Below are positions 28,784 to 38,647 of a DNA stretch of 64,000 nt, piece by piece. The notes beneath the pieces are model-generated. The model did not search any database, was not told the origin of the DNA, and saw only the letters and a list, made by a program, of their open reading frames with translations. The translations under genes and the position numbers were made by a program. Each line of letters starts with the position of its first letter. The first letter of the stretch is position 1. This DNA comes from an uncultured Selenomonadaceae bacterium (lineage in GTDB: Bacteria; Bacillota; Negativicutes; Selenomonadales; Selenomonadaceae): positions 97,406 to 161,405 of the forward strand of contig CAJOHN010000008.1 in assembly GCA_905234235.1 (NCBI GenBank), given 5' to 3'.

Positions 28784-29841
28784 TGAACAAACTTAAAATT
28801 CTCGCGCTTATCTTAGTGAGCTGTCTGACGTTCGGTTGCGGTTCGGGCGGCGGCGATAAGGCGGAGGAAAAAGTCTACGTGTACAGCTGGGGCGATTACG
28901 TTGACCCCGAAGTCTTGAAGATTTTCGAGCAGGAGACGGGTATCCGCGTCGTCCTCGACGAATTCGACACTAACGAGAGCATGTATCCTCGCGTGGCGGA
29001 GGGCGCAGTTCACTACGACGTTATCTGCCCGTCCGATTACATGATTCAAAAACTTATCAGCAACGATTTGATTCAGTCGTTGGACTTCACGAAACTCCCC
29101 GAAGCTAAAAAGAATATCGGCGAAGAATTTTTCAAGCAGGCTGAGACGTTCGACCCCGGCAACAAATACGTCGTGCCTTACTGCTGGGGAACTGTCGGCA
29201 TAATCTACGACAAAACGAAAGTTACTGACCCCGTCGACAGCTGGAATATTCTTTGGAATGAAAAATACGCGGGGCAAATTCTTATGCAAGATTCGGCTCG
29301 CGACGCGTTGATGATTCCGCTTAAGCTTATGGGCAAAAGTTTGAACGAAACTAATCAAGACGTTTTGGCAGAGGCGCAGGCGATGTTAAAGAAACAAAAG
29401 CCGCTCGTTCAAGCCTACGTTATCGACGAGGTCAAAGAAAAACTTATCAACTCGGAAGCGGCGATGGGCGTTGTATTTTCGGGCGAGGCTCTGATAATTT
29501 TGCAAGAAAATCCTAACATGGCGTTTGCAATTCCTAAGGAAGGCACGAACTTTTGGATTGACGGCTGGGTTATAACTAAGGACGCACAGAACGTCGACAA
29601 CGCGCACAAATTTATCAATTTCATGTGCCGCCCCGACATTGCCGTTAAGAATTTTGATTATCTTGGCTACTCGACGCCGAACACTGCCGTCCGCGATTTG
29701 GTAGAGGATGAAGAAATTAAAAATTCGCCGATAGCTTTCCCGTCGCCCGATGATTACAAAGGACAGGAAACTTATCAATATCTCGGCAACAAAATGGACG
29801 AGTACTACAACAATCTTTGGATGCAGGTTAAGGTTGATTAA
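28783..29841 (+). CDS. potD: Spermidine/putrescine-binding lipoprotein
   Basis: Lipobox LVSCLTFGCGS; PotD-type SBP pattern (VYVYSWGDYVDPEVLKIFEQETGI...). Confidence 0.85.
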   Translation: MNKLKILALILVSCLTFGCGSGGGDKAEEKVYVYSWGDYVDPEVLKIFEQETGIRVVLDEFDTNESMYPRVAEGAVHYDVICPSDYMIQKLISNDLIQSLDFTKLPEAKKNIGEEFFKQAETFDPGNKYVVPYCWGTVGIIYDKTKVTDPVDSWNILWNEKYAGQILMQDSARDALMIPLKLMGKSLNETNQDVLAEAQAMLKKQKPLVQAYVIDEVKEKLINSEAAMGVVFSGEALIILQENPNMAFAIPKEGTNFWIDGWVITKDAQNVDNAHKFINFMCRPDIAVKNFDYLGYSTPNTAVRDLVEDEEIKNSPIAFPSPDDYKGQETYQYLGNKMDEYYNNLWMQVKVD

Positions 29842-29849
29842 TTGCAACG

Positions 29850-29891
29850 GAGCCGTGTGATTTTCTTGCAAAATTCATGCGGCTCTTTTTT
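29850..29891 (+). terminator. Rho-independent terminator of the pot operon
   Basis: GAGCCGTGTGA/TCATGCGGCTC stem (two wobble pairs) followed by T6. Confidence 0.65.
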
Positions 29892-29935
29892 ATTTCGTGA
29901 TACAATCTTGGAAAAATTTTATGGAGGTGTGAGTC

Positions 29936-31927
29936 GTGAAAAAATTCTTGGCGGCAATGATTGCGGCGGGCAGTTTACTTTTTACGTCGACAAGTCACGC
30001 TGAAATTCAAACGTACACGGGCGAAGGCACATACATAATGAGCGAGGGCGAAAGTCTCGGCGTGGCGAAGGATAGGGCTAAGATGGACGCCATGCGCAAC
30101 GCGCAGGAAAAAGCTGGCGTTTACATTCGTAGTTATTCCAAGATGAAAAATTTCGAGCTGGTAGACGACGAAGTTATTGCGATAGCGAGCAACATAATTA
30201 AGCTTGTGCAAGACCCGCAGTATTATCCGTTGGAAGCGGTGGCGAATCTTGAGGGCGTATTGGTTAAGGTTACGATTGTTGCCAACATCGACAGCGACGA
30301 CCTCAACAAGTGGCTGAATAAGAGCGACCCCGAAAAGCAAACACTTATCGCGCAGAATCGAGACTTGCGGAAACAGCTTGAAGAGCAAGCCAGAGAGTTG
30401 GAAGAACTTAAGCGCAAGTTGTCGGGCGGCGCGACTCAGCAAGATAAAGCCCAAATCACTCAGAAAATTGTTGACGAGGAGAAAGTTTTCTTATCGACGC
30501 AGAAAGTTGATGAGGCTTGGAAATTTTACAGCAGAGGCGATTATTCGGGAGCGGCGCGTCTCCACGACGAGGCGATTGAACTTAATCCGAACAATGCCCG
30601 TGCTTACTACGGACGCGGCACCGCTTATAACGGCTTGAAACTTTATCAGCTGTCGATTCCCGACTTCAACAAAGCCATTGAGCTCGATCCGAAATATGCT
30701 TATGCGTATAACAATCGCGGCAACGCTTACAACGATTTAAAAGATTATCGGCGGGCAGTCGAGGATTATAACAAAGCGATTGAATTTGACCCGACCGACA
30801 CCGCCGCTTACAACAATCGCGGGAATGCTTACAAAGGGCTCAAGGAATATAAGCTTGCCATTGCCGATTACACCAAAGCAATTTCGCTAGATTCAAATTA
30901 TGCTTTGCCTTACAACGGGCGCGGTAACACTTACAGAGCTTTAAAGGAGTTCAAGTTAGCGGTAGCCGACTACACAAAGGCGATTGAAATTAACCCGAAT
31001 TACTCTCAGCCGTACAATGGGCGCGGGAATTGTTATGATGATTTGGATGATTATCCTGCCGCGCTTGCCGATTACAATAAAGCTATAGAGTTGGAGCCGG
31101 ATAATGCTCTGCCTCACAACGGGCGCGGGAACATTTATTATTACTGGAAGGATTATCAGCAGGCGATTGAAAATTACAGCAAGGCGATTGAACTCGACCC
31201 GAATTATGCTTCGGCGTATTTTAATCGCGGCAACGCTTACAGGAAAATAAACGAATATCGTAAAGCAGTTAAGGATTATGACGAATCTATCCGCCTCGAC
31301 CCGACTGATATTAAAGCTTACAAAAGGCGCGGCGACGCTTACAATTCTCTTGGCGAATATCAACTTGCCATTGCCGACTTCAACAGAGTTATCGAAGCCA
31401 ATCCCAAGCACGACACCGCTTATAATTCTCGCGGCAATGCTTACGACAGCTTGGGCGAATATCAAATGGCGATTAACGATTACACAAAGGCGATTGAGAT
31501 TGACCCGCGTGATGAAGTAGTTTATTGTAATCGCGGCAACACGTTGCGCAAGTTCAAGCAATACGACAGAGCTATCGCCGATTTTAATAAAGCTATCGAA
31601 CTGGATCCCAAATACGTCAGGGCTTATAATCTGCGCGGCGTGGTTTATCATGAGAACTTTAATCAATACGACAGGGCGATTAACGATTACAAAGCCGCAA
31701 TAAACATTGACCCGAATTATCGTTATGCTTATGCCAATTTGGGGCGCGTGTACACCGTACAGAAAAAATACGGAGAAGCTCTCGCGGCTTTTGGTAAGGC
31801 GATAGAAATTGCTCCGAAATATGCTTATGCTTGGTGGGAACGCGGTAAATGTTACGAGGCTATGGGCGAGACTGCCAAAGCTCAAGCTGATTTTGCTAAG
31901 GCGCGGGAACTCGGCTACAAAGGCTGA
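29936..31927 (+). CDS. Secreted TPR-repeat protein (N-terminal module, coiled coil, about 13 TPR units)
   Basis: Signal peptide. Repeated A(Y/H)(Y/N)NRGNAY...Y..AI..(Y/F)(N/T)KAIE(L/I)(D/N)P units. GTG start after GGAGG. Confidence 0.8.
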   Translation: MKKFLAAMIAAGSLLFTSTSHAEIQTYTGEGTYIMSEGESLGVAKDRAKMDAMRNAQEKAGVYIRSYSKMKNFELVDDEVIAIASNIIKLVQDPQYYPLEAVANLEGVLVKVTIVANIDSDDLNKWLNKSDPEKQTLIAQNRDLRKQLEEQARELEELKRKLSGGATQQDKAQITQKIVDEEKVFLSTQKVDEAWKFYSRGDYSGAARLHDEAIELNPNNARAYYGRGTAYNGLKLYQLSIPDFNKAIELDPKYAYAYNNRGNAYNDLKDYRRAVEDYNKAIEFDPTDTAAYNNRGNAYKGLKEYKLAIADYTKAISLDSNYALPYNGRGNTYRALKEFKLAVADYTKAIEINPNYSQPYNGRGNCYDDLDDYPAALADYNKAIELEPDNALPHNGRGNIYYYWKDYQQAIENYSKAIELDPNYASAYFNRGNAYRKINEYRKAVKDYDESIRLDPTDIKAYKRRGDAYNSLGEYQLAIADFNRVIEANPKHDTAYNSRGNAYDSLGEYQMAINDYTKAIEIDPRDEVVYCNRGNTLRKFKQYDRAIADFNKAIELDPKYVRAYNLRGVVYHENFNQYDRAINDYKAAINIDPNYRYAYANLGRVYTVQKKYGEALAAFGKAIEIAPKYAYAWWERGKCYEAMGETAKAQADFAKARELGYKG

Positions 31928-31960
31928 TTCTACATAAAAATTTTTTGGGAGGTAATTTTT

Positions 31961-33232
31961 TTGCTTGATATGAAATTCGTACGCGATAATTTGGATTTGA
32001 TTCGCGCTATGTTGAAGAACCGTAATAATTCTTTGAGCCTCGATAACTTCGCGGAGCTTGATAAAAGACGCCGCGCAATTTTGGGCGAGACCGAACAACT
32101 TAAAAGCCAACGCAATGCAACTTCAAAAAAAATCGGCGCGATGAAAAAAGCCGGCGCGGATACCGAAAAAATTTCTGCTGAAGTCCGCGCTATGGGCAAT
32201 AAAATTTCCGAACTCGACAGCGAACTCCGCGACGTTGAAAGTAATCTGCGCGATTTACTTCTACATATCCCGAACATTCCCGCTGACGACGTTCCGATTG
32301 GTAAAGACGATTCGCAAAATCCCGAAGTCAGACGTTGGGGCACGCCGCGCAGTTTCGACTTTGAACCGAAGGCGCACTGGGATATTGGTACCGCGCTGAA
32401 TATTTTTGACTTCGACCGCGCAGGCAAAGTTACGGGCGCGAGATTTACTTTTTATCGCGGACTCGGCGCAAGGTTGGAACGCGCTTGCATAAATTTCATG
32501 ATGGATTTGCACTCAAATAAGCACGGATACACCGAAATGCTCGCGCCGTACATCGTCAACCGCGACAGCATGATTGGTACGGGGCAACTGCCAAAGTTCG
32601 CGGAGGATATGTTCAAGCTTGAAGGTTTGGATTATTATCTCGTGCCGACTGCCGAAGTCCCCATGACGAATTTTCATCGCGACGAGATTTTATCCGCCGA
32701 AACTTTACCCGAATATTATTCTTGTTACACGGCGTGTTTCAGAGCTGAGGCGGGCGCGGCAGGGCGTGATACTCGCGGCTTGATTCGTCAACATCAGTTT
32801 AACAAAGTCGAATTGATTAAGTTCACTAAGCCCGAAGATTCTTGGAACGAATTGGAGAGCATGGTTGATGCCGCCGAAGACGTTTTGCGCACGTTGGAAA
32901 TTCCTTACCGCGTTGTTCTGCTTTGTACGGGCGATATGAGCTTCACTTCCGCCAAAACTTATGACATTGAGGTTTGGATGCCCGCGCAGAATAAATATCG
33001 CGAAATTTCTTCCTGTTCTAACTGCACTGACTACCAAGCTCGCCGCGCCAATATCAAATTCCGCCGCGATAACAAGTCTAAACCCGAATTTGTCCACACT
33101 TTGAACGGTTCGGGTATTGCTGTCGGCAGGACTGTCGCCGCTATCCTCGAAAATTACCAGCAAGCCGATGGTTCAGTTAAAATTCCTAAAGCTCTCGTGC
33201 CTTACATGGGAGTTGAGGAGATTCGCGCCTAA
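31961..33232 (+). CDS. serS: Seryl-tRNA synthetase
   Basis: [10 protein letters not shown] start, class II motifs ([39 protein letters not shown]). TTG start. Confidence 0.92.
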   Translation: MLDMKFVRDNLDLIRAMLKNRNNSLSLDNFAELDKRRRAILGETEQLKSQRNATSKKIGAMKKAGADTEKISAEVRAMGNKISELDSELRDVESNLRDLLLHIPNIPADDVPIGKDDSQNPEVRRWGTPRSFDFEPKAHWDIGTALNIFDFDRAGKVTGARFTFYRGLGARLERACINFMMDLHSNKHGYTEMLAPYIVNRDSMIGTGQLPKFAEDMFKLEGLDYYLVPTAEVPMTNFHRDEILSAETLPEYYSCYTACFRAEAGAAGRDTRGLIRQHQFNKVELIKFTKPEDSWNELESMVDAAEDVLRTLEIPYRVVLLCTGDMSFTSAKTYDIEVWMPAQNKYREISSCSNCTDYQARRANIKFRRDNKSKPEFVHTLNGSGIAVGRTVAAILENYQQADGSVKIPKALVPYMGVEEIRA

Positions 33233-33867
33233 TTTTTATGTTTTTCGCCCCAATCACACATCATATCTAGTAATGGTATCAAAGATTTGCCTCGTTCAGT
33301 CAAAGAGTACTCAACTTTCGGAGGAAGTTGCTCGTACTCTTTTCTTTTTGTCAAATTATCCGCCTCTAATTCCTTCAAAGTCCGATTTAACATGAAAAAT
33401 GATACTTCATCGCCCAAATATCGTTTCATTTCGCCGAATCTCACGACGCCGAACTCCATTAGAGTATAAAGAACGCGCAGTTTGTATTTACCCTTAATAA
33501 TTTTCATCACGTAAGCTAATCCTGTATTCTCGAAATTTTCATCGCCCATATATGGTTTTTTGACAATATTTTTCTCAGATTCCTGATTAAATTCGCCGCC
33601 GCCTGTACGATTGTAGCCGATTTGCGGATTATTGGCTTTGAGATAGTTTATGTAAAAAATTTCTTTCGCGTCGAGTTCTTCCTTAGTTTCACAAACCGCG
33701 AGAACTTCGCACATAAATTTTTCCACGCCGTGCTTGCGAATTGCTTTGCCGATAAAAGTTTGCGCGTATTTGTGCTCGTGGAATCGTTCTTCGACTGGAC
33801 GCCGCGTTTGACCGACATAAATCTTGCCGTTGTCCATGTTTGTGAGTTTGTAGACAAATCCGTACAT
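33229..33867 (-). CDS. Fusion protein: N-terminal GIY-YIG nuclease domain plus C-terminal HxlR-type winged-helix domain
   Basis: [28 protein letters not shown] (GIY-YIG). [26 protein letters not shown]...[21 protein letters not shown] (HxlR). Confidence 0.75.
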   Translation of the reverse strand: MYGFVYKLTNMDNGKIYVGQTRRPVEERFHEHKYAQTFIGKAIRKHGVEKFMCEVLAVCETKEELDAKEIFYINYLKANNPQIGYNRTGGGEFNQESEKNIVKKPYMGDENFENTGLAYVMKIIKGKYKLRVLYTLMEFGVVRFGEMKRYLGDEVSFFMLNRTLKELEADNLTKRKEYEQLPPKVEYSLTERGKSLIPLLDMMCDWGEKHKN

Positions 33868-33886
33868 ATTCGCTCCGCCTTTCAAT

Positions 33887-33915
33887 TTGACAACGCGGCG
33901 CAAGCAGTTTATAAT
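33887..33915 (+). promoter_or_regulatory. Perfect-consensus sigma70 promoter
   Basis: TTGACA, 17-nt spacer, TATAAT. Divergent from the GIY-YIG::HxlR gene. Confidence 0.6.
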
Positions 33916-33961
33916 GAAAATACGAAAAGGCTTCGCGCCGTGTTCGGAGTTTTAGTTTAGC

Positions 33962-34144
33962 AACTCGATTCTAACACACGCGGAGTCTTTTCGCAACCAA
34001 AATTTGATGAAACACCTCGATTGGACAGAGCGCGGACACGTTTTGGCGGGCGGCGTCATGAAAGTCGGCGACATAAAAGGGCATAAGGAGTTAAATGACG
34101 CTTATGAACTCGGAAAAGCCGTCGCGCAGGGTAATTCGCTTTGA
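33962..34144 (+). pseudogene. Possible remnant of a flavodoxin-like/FMN-reductase gene (C-terminal ~45-60 codons only)
   Basis: Short open frame ...LDWTERGHVLAGGVMKVGDIKGHKELNDAYELGKAVAQGNSL* resembles C-termini of multimeric flavodoxin-like proteins. No N-terminal part present. Confidence 0.3.
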
Positions 34145-34221
34145 AAAGCTCTTTTGGCGAAAGCCGCAAGGTTCAAATTTCTAATCGGTTACGGTTTTAA
34201 CTCACTAAGGAGGAAATTTTT

Positions 34222-34551
34222 ATGACAATCAAGGATTACGAGGAAATTCGCAAAGTCGCGCAACTTTATATCGACGGCGGCAACGGCGACAGCTCCATTA
34301 TGAAGCCCGCCTTCCACAAAAACGCCACGATTAACGGCGAACCGATTCAAACTCTCTTTGACGACGTGGATAAAGCCGGAAAAACTTCTGCACGGGCAAC
34401 GGTTGACATTCTCGACGCCACCAACGACGTTGCCGCGATTAGAATCACTATGGAAGATTGGCACGGGCAAAATTTTGTCGATTATCATCTCCTGCAAAAG
34501 GGCGCAGACGGTTGGAAGATTATGGCAAAAGTTTTCACCGAGACTAAATAA
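34222..34551 (+). CDS. NTF2/SnoaL-fold small protein (putative lumazine-binding-like family)
   Basis: AQLYIDGGNGDSSIMKPAFH...ATVDILDATNDVAAIRITMEDWHGQNFVDYHLL.K...GWKI; RBS AAGGAGG. Confidence 0.55.
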   Translation: MTIKDYEEIRKVAQLYIDGGNGDSSIMKPAFHKNATINGEPIQTLFDDVDKAGKTSARATVDILDATNDVAAIRITMEDWHGQNFVDYHLLQKGADGWKIMAKVFTETK

Positions 34552-34571
34552 ATCTGCGCGGCAAAAATTTT

Positions 34572-34599
34572 TCCTCTGCGAGGTTGCGGAGGATTTTTT
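34572..34599 (+). terminator. Rho-independent terminator
   Basis: TCCTCTGC/GCGGAGGA stem followed by T6. Confidence 0.6.
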
Positions 34600-34666
34600 G
34601 TTTGAAAATTTTCTGTTACGGTGTAGAATAGGCGCGTTGAAAATTTAAGGCAAAGGAGCAAGGTTT

Positions 34667-36304
34667 ATGCCCGTAATGGAATACTTGGAACGTAACGCCG
34701 CGCTGTATGGCGATGAGGTTGCGCTGGTTGAATTGAATCCGGCGGTAGCGGACGGTCGGCGCATGAGTTGGAAAGAATTCAGCTTGATTGAATCGAATTC
34801 GTTCGCACCGTATCGTCGGGAGATAACTTGGCGCGTTTTCGACGAGAAAGCTAATCGTTGCGCGAATTTATTAATTGAACGCGGCATACGCAAGGGCGAT
34901 AAGGTCGCAATTCTGATGTATAACTGCTTGGAGTGGCTACCGATTTACTTTGGCGTGCTGAAGACGGGCGCGATCGCGGTTCCGTTCAATTTTCGCTACG
35001 ATGCGGCGGAAATTTTGTACTGCGCGGAATTGGCGGAGGTCGACGTTATCATTTTTGGACCGGAATTTATCGGACGTATTGAAACCAACGCTGAGCGACT
35101 TTCCAAGGGGCGGCTATTAATTTATGTCGGAGACAACTGCCCCAGTTTCGCCGAAAGTTATCACATAATGGTTGACGATTGCTCAAGTTTAAAGCCAATG
35201 GTGGGCGGAATCACGGAAGACGACTTCGGAGCGATATATTTTTCGTCTGGGACGACGGGATTTCCGAAAGCGATACTTCATAAGCACCAAAGTTTGACTC
35301 AAGCGGCGCAAATGGAGCAAAAACATCATTTAACGAGCCGCGAGGACAATTTCTTATGCATACCGCCGCTTTATCACACCGGAGCGAAATTTCATTGGAT
35401 GGGAAGTTTGGTTGCGGGGAGTAAAGCTGTTTTGTTAAAAGGAACGAAGCCCGAAATAATTTTGGACGCGGTATCGAAAGAAAAATGTACAATCGTCTGG
35501 CTTTTAGTGCCTTGGGCGCAAGATATAGTTGACGCGCTGGACAGAGGCGATATTAAGCTTGAAAATTACGATTTAGAACAGTGGCGGCTCATGCATATCG
35601 GAGCGCAACCTGTTCCGCCGAGTTTGATACGTCGTTGGAAGAAATATTTCCCACATCACGCCTACGACACGAATTACGGGCTTTCAGAGTCGACTGGACC
35701 AGGTTGCGTGCACTTGGGATTAGAAAATATCGAAAAAGTTGGCGCAATCGGCGTACCCGGCTATCGTTGGGAGTGCAAAATTATCGACGAACACGGCGCG
35801 ACGGTTCCGAAGGGCGAAGTCGGCGAGTTATGCGTTAAAGGTCCCGGCGTCATGACTTGCTACTACAACGACCCGAAAGCTACCGCCGAAGTTTTGAAGG
35901 ACGGCTGGCTTTTGACGGGCGATATGGCAATGCAGGACGCGGAAGGTTTTTATTTCCTCGTTGACCGCAAGAAGGATGTTATCGTCATGGGCGGCGAAAA
36001 TATTTATCCCGTTCAGATTGAAGACTTCCTGCACAAGTTCGACAAGATTAAGGACGTGGCGGTTATCGGCTTGCCTGACAGACGGCTCGGCGAAATTTCT
36101 GCGGCGATTATCGAAATTAAACCCAACGTCACTTGCACAGAGGAGGAAATTAACAACTTCTGTTTGGATTTGCCGCGTTATAAACGCCCGAAGAAAATTA
36201 TTTTTGCTGAAGTGCCGCGCAATGCCACCGGTAAAATTGAAAAGCCCGCTCTTCGTAAACGTTACGGCGCGGATAAACTCGTCGCGTTGGAAAATCGCAG
36301 TTAA
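34667..36304 (+). CDS. AMP-dependent acyl-CoA synthetase/ligase
   Basis: AMP-binding motif YFSSGTTGFPKA, YGLSE, TGDMAMQDAEGFYFLVDRKKDVI, and a C-terminal PRNATGKIEK. Confidence 0.85.
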   Translation: MPVMEYLERNAALYGDEVALVELNPAVADGRRMSWKEFSLIESNSFAPYRREITWRVFDEKANRCANLLIERGIRKGDKVAILMYNCLEWLPIYFGVLKTGAIAVPFNFRYDAAEILYCAELAEVDVIIFGPEFIGRIETNAERLSKGRLLIYVGDNCPSFAESYHIMVDDCSSLKPMVGGITEDDFGAIYFSSGTTGFPKAILHKHQSLTQAAQMEQKHHLTSREDNFLCIPPLYHTGAKFHWMGSLVAGSKAVLLKGTKPEIILDAVSKEKCTIVWLLVPWAQDIVDALDRGDIKLENYDLEQWRLMHIGAQPVPPSLIRRWKKYFPHHAYDTNYGLSESTGPGCVHLGLENIEKVGAIGVPGYRWECKIIDEHGATVPKGEVGELCVKGPGVMTCYYNDPKATAEVLKDGWLLTGDMAMQDAEGFYFLVDRKKDVIVMGGENIYPVQIEDFLHKFDKIKDVAVIGLPDRRLGEISAAIIEIKPNVTCTEEEINNFCLDLPRYKRPKKIIFAEVPRNATGKIEKPALRKRYGADKLVALENRS

Positions 36305-36347
36305 AAAAAAATCAGCTGCCGCTCAATCAAGAGTGACAGCTTTTTTT
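36303..36347. terminator. Bidirectional terminator between convergent genes
   Basis: An A-run, the AGCTGCCGCTC/GAGTGACAGCT hairpin, then T7. Confidence 0.6.
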
Positions 36348-36364
36348 ATGCGAAAAATTTTTTA

Positions 36365-36934
36365 TCAGTTAAGTTTCTTGTTCTTGTAAATTTTAATGCC
36401 CTTAAGCGACGCTTCCAAAGCCAAACCTTTAGTCGTCATCTGATAAACCCAGACGCCCGGCGCAACATATTCCGCGCCCTCGACGGAACCGCCGCTTACA
36501 CCGTCATTGGCAGAAGCCTCCGCACTCGCCCCGAAACGAGTTTTGCCGATTATAAAATTTTCCCAAGCCTCATGAGTGTTAATCAAGAAAATAAGATTGT
36601 ACTCCTTCGCGCCGAGCCCTAAGCCTGCAGAAAGTTCCTTCATGCGCAGATAGACGCGTTCGCCGGTTTTGTTGTTAATCGCAACGCCGCGCCCGTGAGC
36701 GTCTCCGAAGATGCCGAGCTTAATTCCCGTATTGCTCAGCGTCGCGTAAGCGTAGCACTCTTTGATAACGCGTTCGGCATCGGGATATTTCTCGTACAGT
36801 TTTTCTAACGTCTTGGCTGAAAGTTCATCGATTTGCTGACGTTGCTCCATTACAGTTGCTTTGTTCGCCGCGAATACCGTTGTCATCGTGAACATACACA
36901 TTAACACCGTCAACATCACTAAAAATTTTTTCAT
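36365..36934 (-). CDS. Secreted SYLF (Ysc84-like, DUF500) lipid-binding domain protein
   Basis: Signal peptide. SAGLGLGAKEYNLIFLINTHEAWENFIIGKTRFGASAEASAND pattern. Confidence 0.65.
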   Translation of the reverse strand: MKKFLVMLTVLMCMFTMTTVFAANKATVMEQRQQIDELSAKTLEKLYEKYPDAERVIKECYAYATLSNTGIKLGIFGDAHGRGVAINNKTGERVYLRMKELSAGLGLGAKEYNLIFLINTHEAWENFIIGKTRFGASAEASANDGVSGGSVEGAEYVAPGVWVYQMTTKGLALEASLKGIKIYKNKKLN

Positions 36935-36950
36935 GTCGTCACCTGATTAC

Positions 36951-36984
36951 AAAAAAGCGGCAGTTCAAGGGAATAAACCGCCGC
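36951..36984 (-). terminator. Rho-independent terminator after gpmI
   Basis: Minus strand GCGGCGG...CTGCCGC followed by T6. Confidence 0.65.
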
Positions 36985-37006
36985 ACAAAATTTTACGAAC
37001 TAAATT

Positions 37007-38542
37007 TTATTTCATCGTTACAAGAGGCTTGCCGGTCATTTCGGAAGGAATTTCCATGCCCGCCATCGTCAAGAGCGTCGGCGCAACGTCACAAAGCGCA
37101 CCGTCTTTAACTTCGGCGACTCTATCGGAAACAACGATAATCGGCACAGGATTTGTCGTGTGTGCTGTGAACGGCTCCTTAAGTTTGTAATCGAACATCT
37201 GATCCGCGTTGCCGTGATCCGCGATGATAACAACTTCGCCGCCGACTTTCTTCATGCACGCGATAAAAATGCCGACGCAGACATCAACCGTCTCGACAGC
37301 CGCAACAGCCGCTTTCATAACGCCCGTGTGCCCGACCATGTCGCCGTTAGCGTAGTTGAGGATAATGAAGTCGTATTTCTCGGAGAGAATCGCTTCGGCA
37401 ACTTTCCTCGTGACAGTCGGCGCACTCATATCGGGTTTGAGGTCGTAAGTCGCAACCTTCGGGCTCGGAACTAAAATTCTATCTTCGCCCTTGTAAGGCT
37501 CTTCGACGCCGCCATTAAAGAAAAACGTAACGTGCGCATATTTTTCAGTCTCGGCGATACGGAGCTGATTCAAGCCCGCCTTGCTGATGACTTCGCCCAA
37601 GCCATTCTGAACACTCTCCGGCGGATAAGCAACGTCGACATTCAAACCTTCCTCGTATTGCGTCATAGTCGCGAAAGGAATTCCTACAATCTCTTCGACA
37701 CGCGGGAAGCCGTCAAAAGATTTATCGGTAAAGGCATGCGTCAATTCGCGGGCGCGGTCGGGGCGGAAGTTGAAGAAAATAATTCCGTCTTCCTTGCCGA
37801 TACCTGCATAGTCGCCGATAACAACGGGATTAACAAATTCATCAGTAACTTTGGCGTCATAGGAGGCTTTAATCGCAACGTCGGAGGAGGGCTGTTTAGG
37901 GGCGTCGGCTTTGGCAATGGCGTCGTAAGCCTTCTGCACTCTGTCCCAACGTTTATCTCTGTCCATTGCGTAGTAACGTCCGCTGATCGTAGCGATTTGC
38001 CCCGCGCCGATTTCCTTAATTTTTTGTTCAAGCTCGGCAAGATATTCAGCGGCTGAACTCGGAGGAACGTCGCGCCCGTCGAGGAAGCAATGAACATAAA
38101 CTTTCGCGACGCCTTTTTTCTTGGCAAGTTGAAGCAAGCCGTAAAGATGTTGAGTGTGGCTGTGAACGCCGCCGGGAGAAACCAAGCCCATTAAATGCAA
38201 CGCGCCGCCCGAAGCTTTAGCCTTATCGATAACGCCGACAAGAACCTTATTCTCGAAGAAATCGCCATCACGAATTGCTTTGGTAATTTTGGTAAGCGGT
38301 TGATAAATAACTCTGCCCGCGCCGATGTTCATATGTCCGACTTCGGAGTTGCCCATTTGCCCGTCGGGAAGTCCAACGTATTCGCCGGAAGCTTGAAGTT
38401 TAGCGTGCGGATAATTTTTCGTGAGTTCGTCGAGAACGGGCGTCTTGCCGACTTGAATCGCGTTGAATTTGTCGGTTTCGTTGCCGATGCCCCAGCCGTC
38501 CATGATGATTAAGCAAATCGGCGCGTGTTTAATTGTTGCCAT
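37007..38542 (-). CDS. gpmI: 2,3-bisphosphoglycerate-independent phosphoglycerate mutase
   Basis: LIIMDGWG, GNSEVGHMNIGAGR, ADHGNAD; length 511 aa. Confidence 0.93.
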   Translation of the reverse strand: MATIKHAPICLIIMDGWGIGNETDKFNAIQVGKTPVLDELTKNYPHAKLQASGEYVGLPDGQMGNSEVGHMNIGAGRVIYQPLTKITKAIRDGDFFENKVLVGVIDKAKASGGALHLMGLVSPGGVHSHTQHLYGLLQLAKKKGVAKVYVHCFLDGRDVPPSSAAEYLAELEQKIKEIGAGQIATISGRYYAMDRDKRWDRVQKAYDAIAKADAPKQPSSDVAIKASYDAKVTDEFVNPVVIGDYAGIGKEDGIIFFNFRPDRARELTHAFTDKSFDGFPRVEEIVGIPFATMTQYEEGLNVDVAYPPESVQNGLGEVISKAGLNQLRIAETEKYAHVTFFFNGGVEEPYKGEDRILVPSPKVATYDLKPDMSAPTVTRKVAEAILSEKYDFIILNYANGDMVGHTGVMKAAVAAVETVDVCVGIFIACMKKVGGEVVIIADHGNADQMFDYKLKEPFTAHTTNPVPIIVVSDRVAEVKDGALCDVAPTLLTMAGMEIPSEMTGKPLVTMK

Positions 38543-38569
38543 TCGTTACACTCTCCTTTACTTGTTAAG

Positions 38570-38624
38570 AAAAACCGCCAACCTAACAACTAGCAACTAA
38601 CTTACTAGCCACTAAATTGGCGGC
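38570..38624 (-). terminator. Terminator-like/attenuator hairpin with a large 35-nt loop
   Basis: Minus strand CCGCCAA...TTGGCGG followed by T5. The loop carries AGTTGNT heptamers. Confidence 0.35.
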
Positions 38625-38647
38625 TCTACTTACTATTTTTAACACGA

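Noticed and set aside
31928-31960. T-box leader upstream of serS
   Set aside because: Only about 33 nt separate the TPR gene stop from the serS start, which is too short for a T-box.
33229-33903. Calling the GIY-YIG gene a mobile element (homing endonuclease gene)
   Set aside because: No intron, intein or target-site context is visible and no flanking repeats were found. It is kept as a CDS with a finding rather than annotated as a mobile element.
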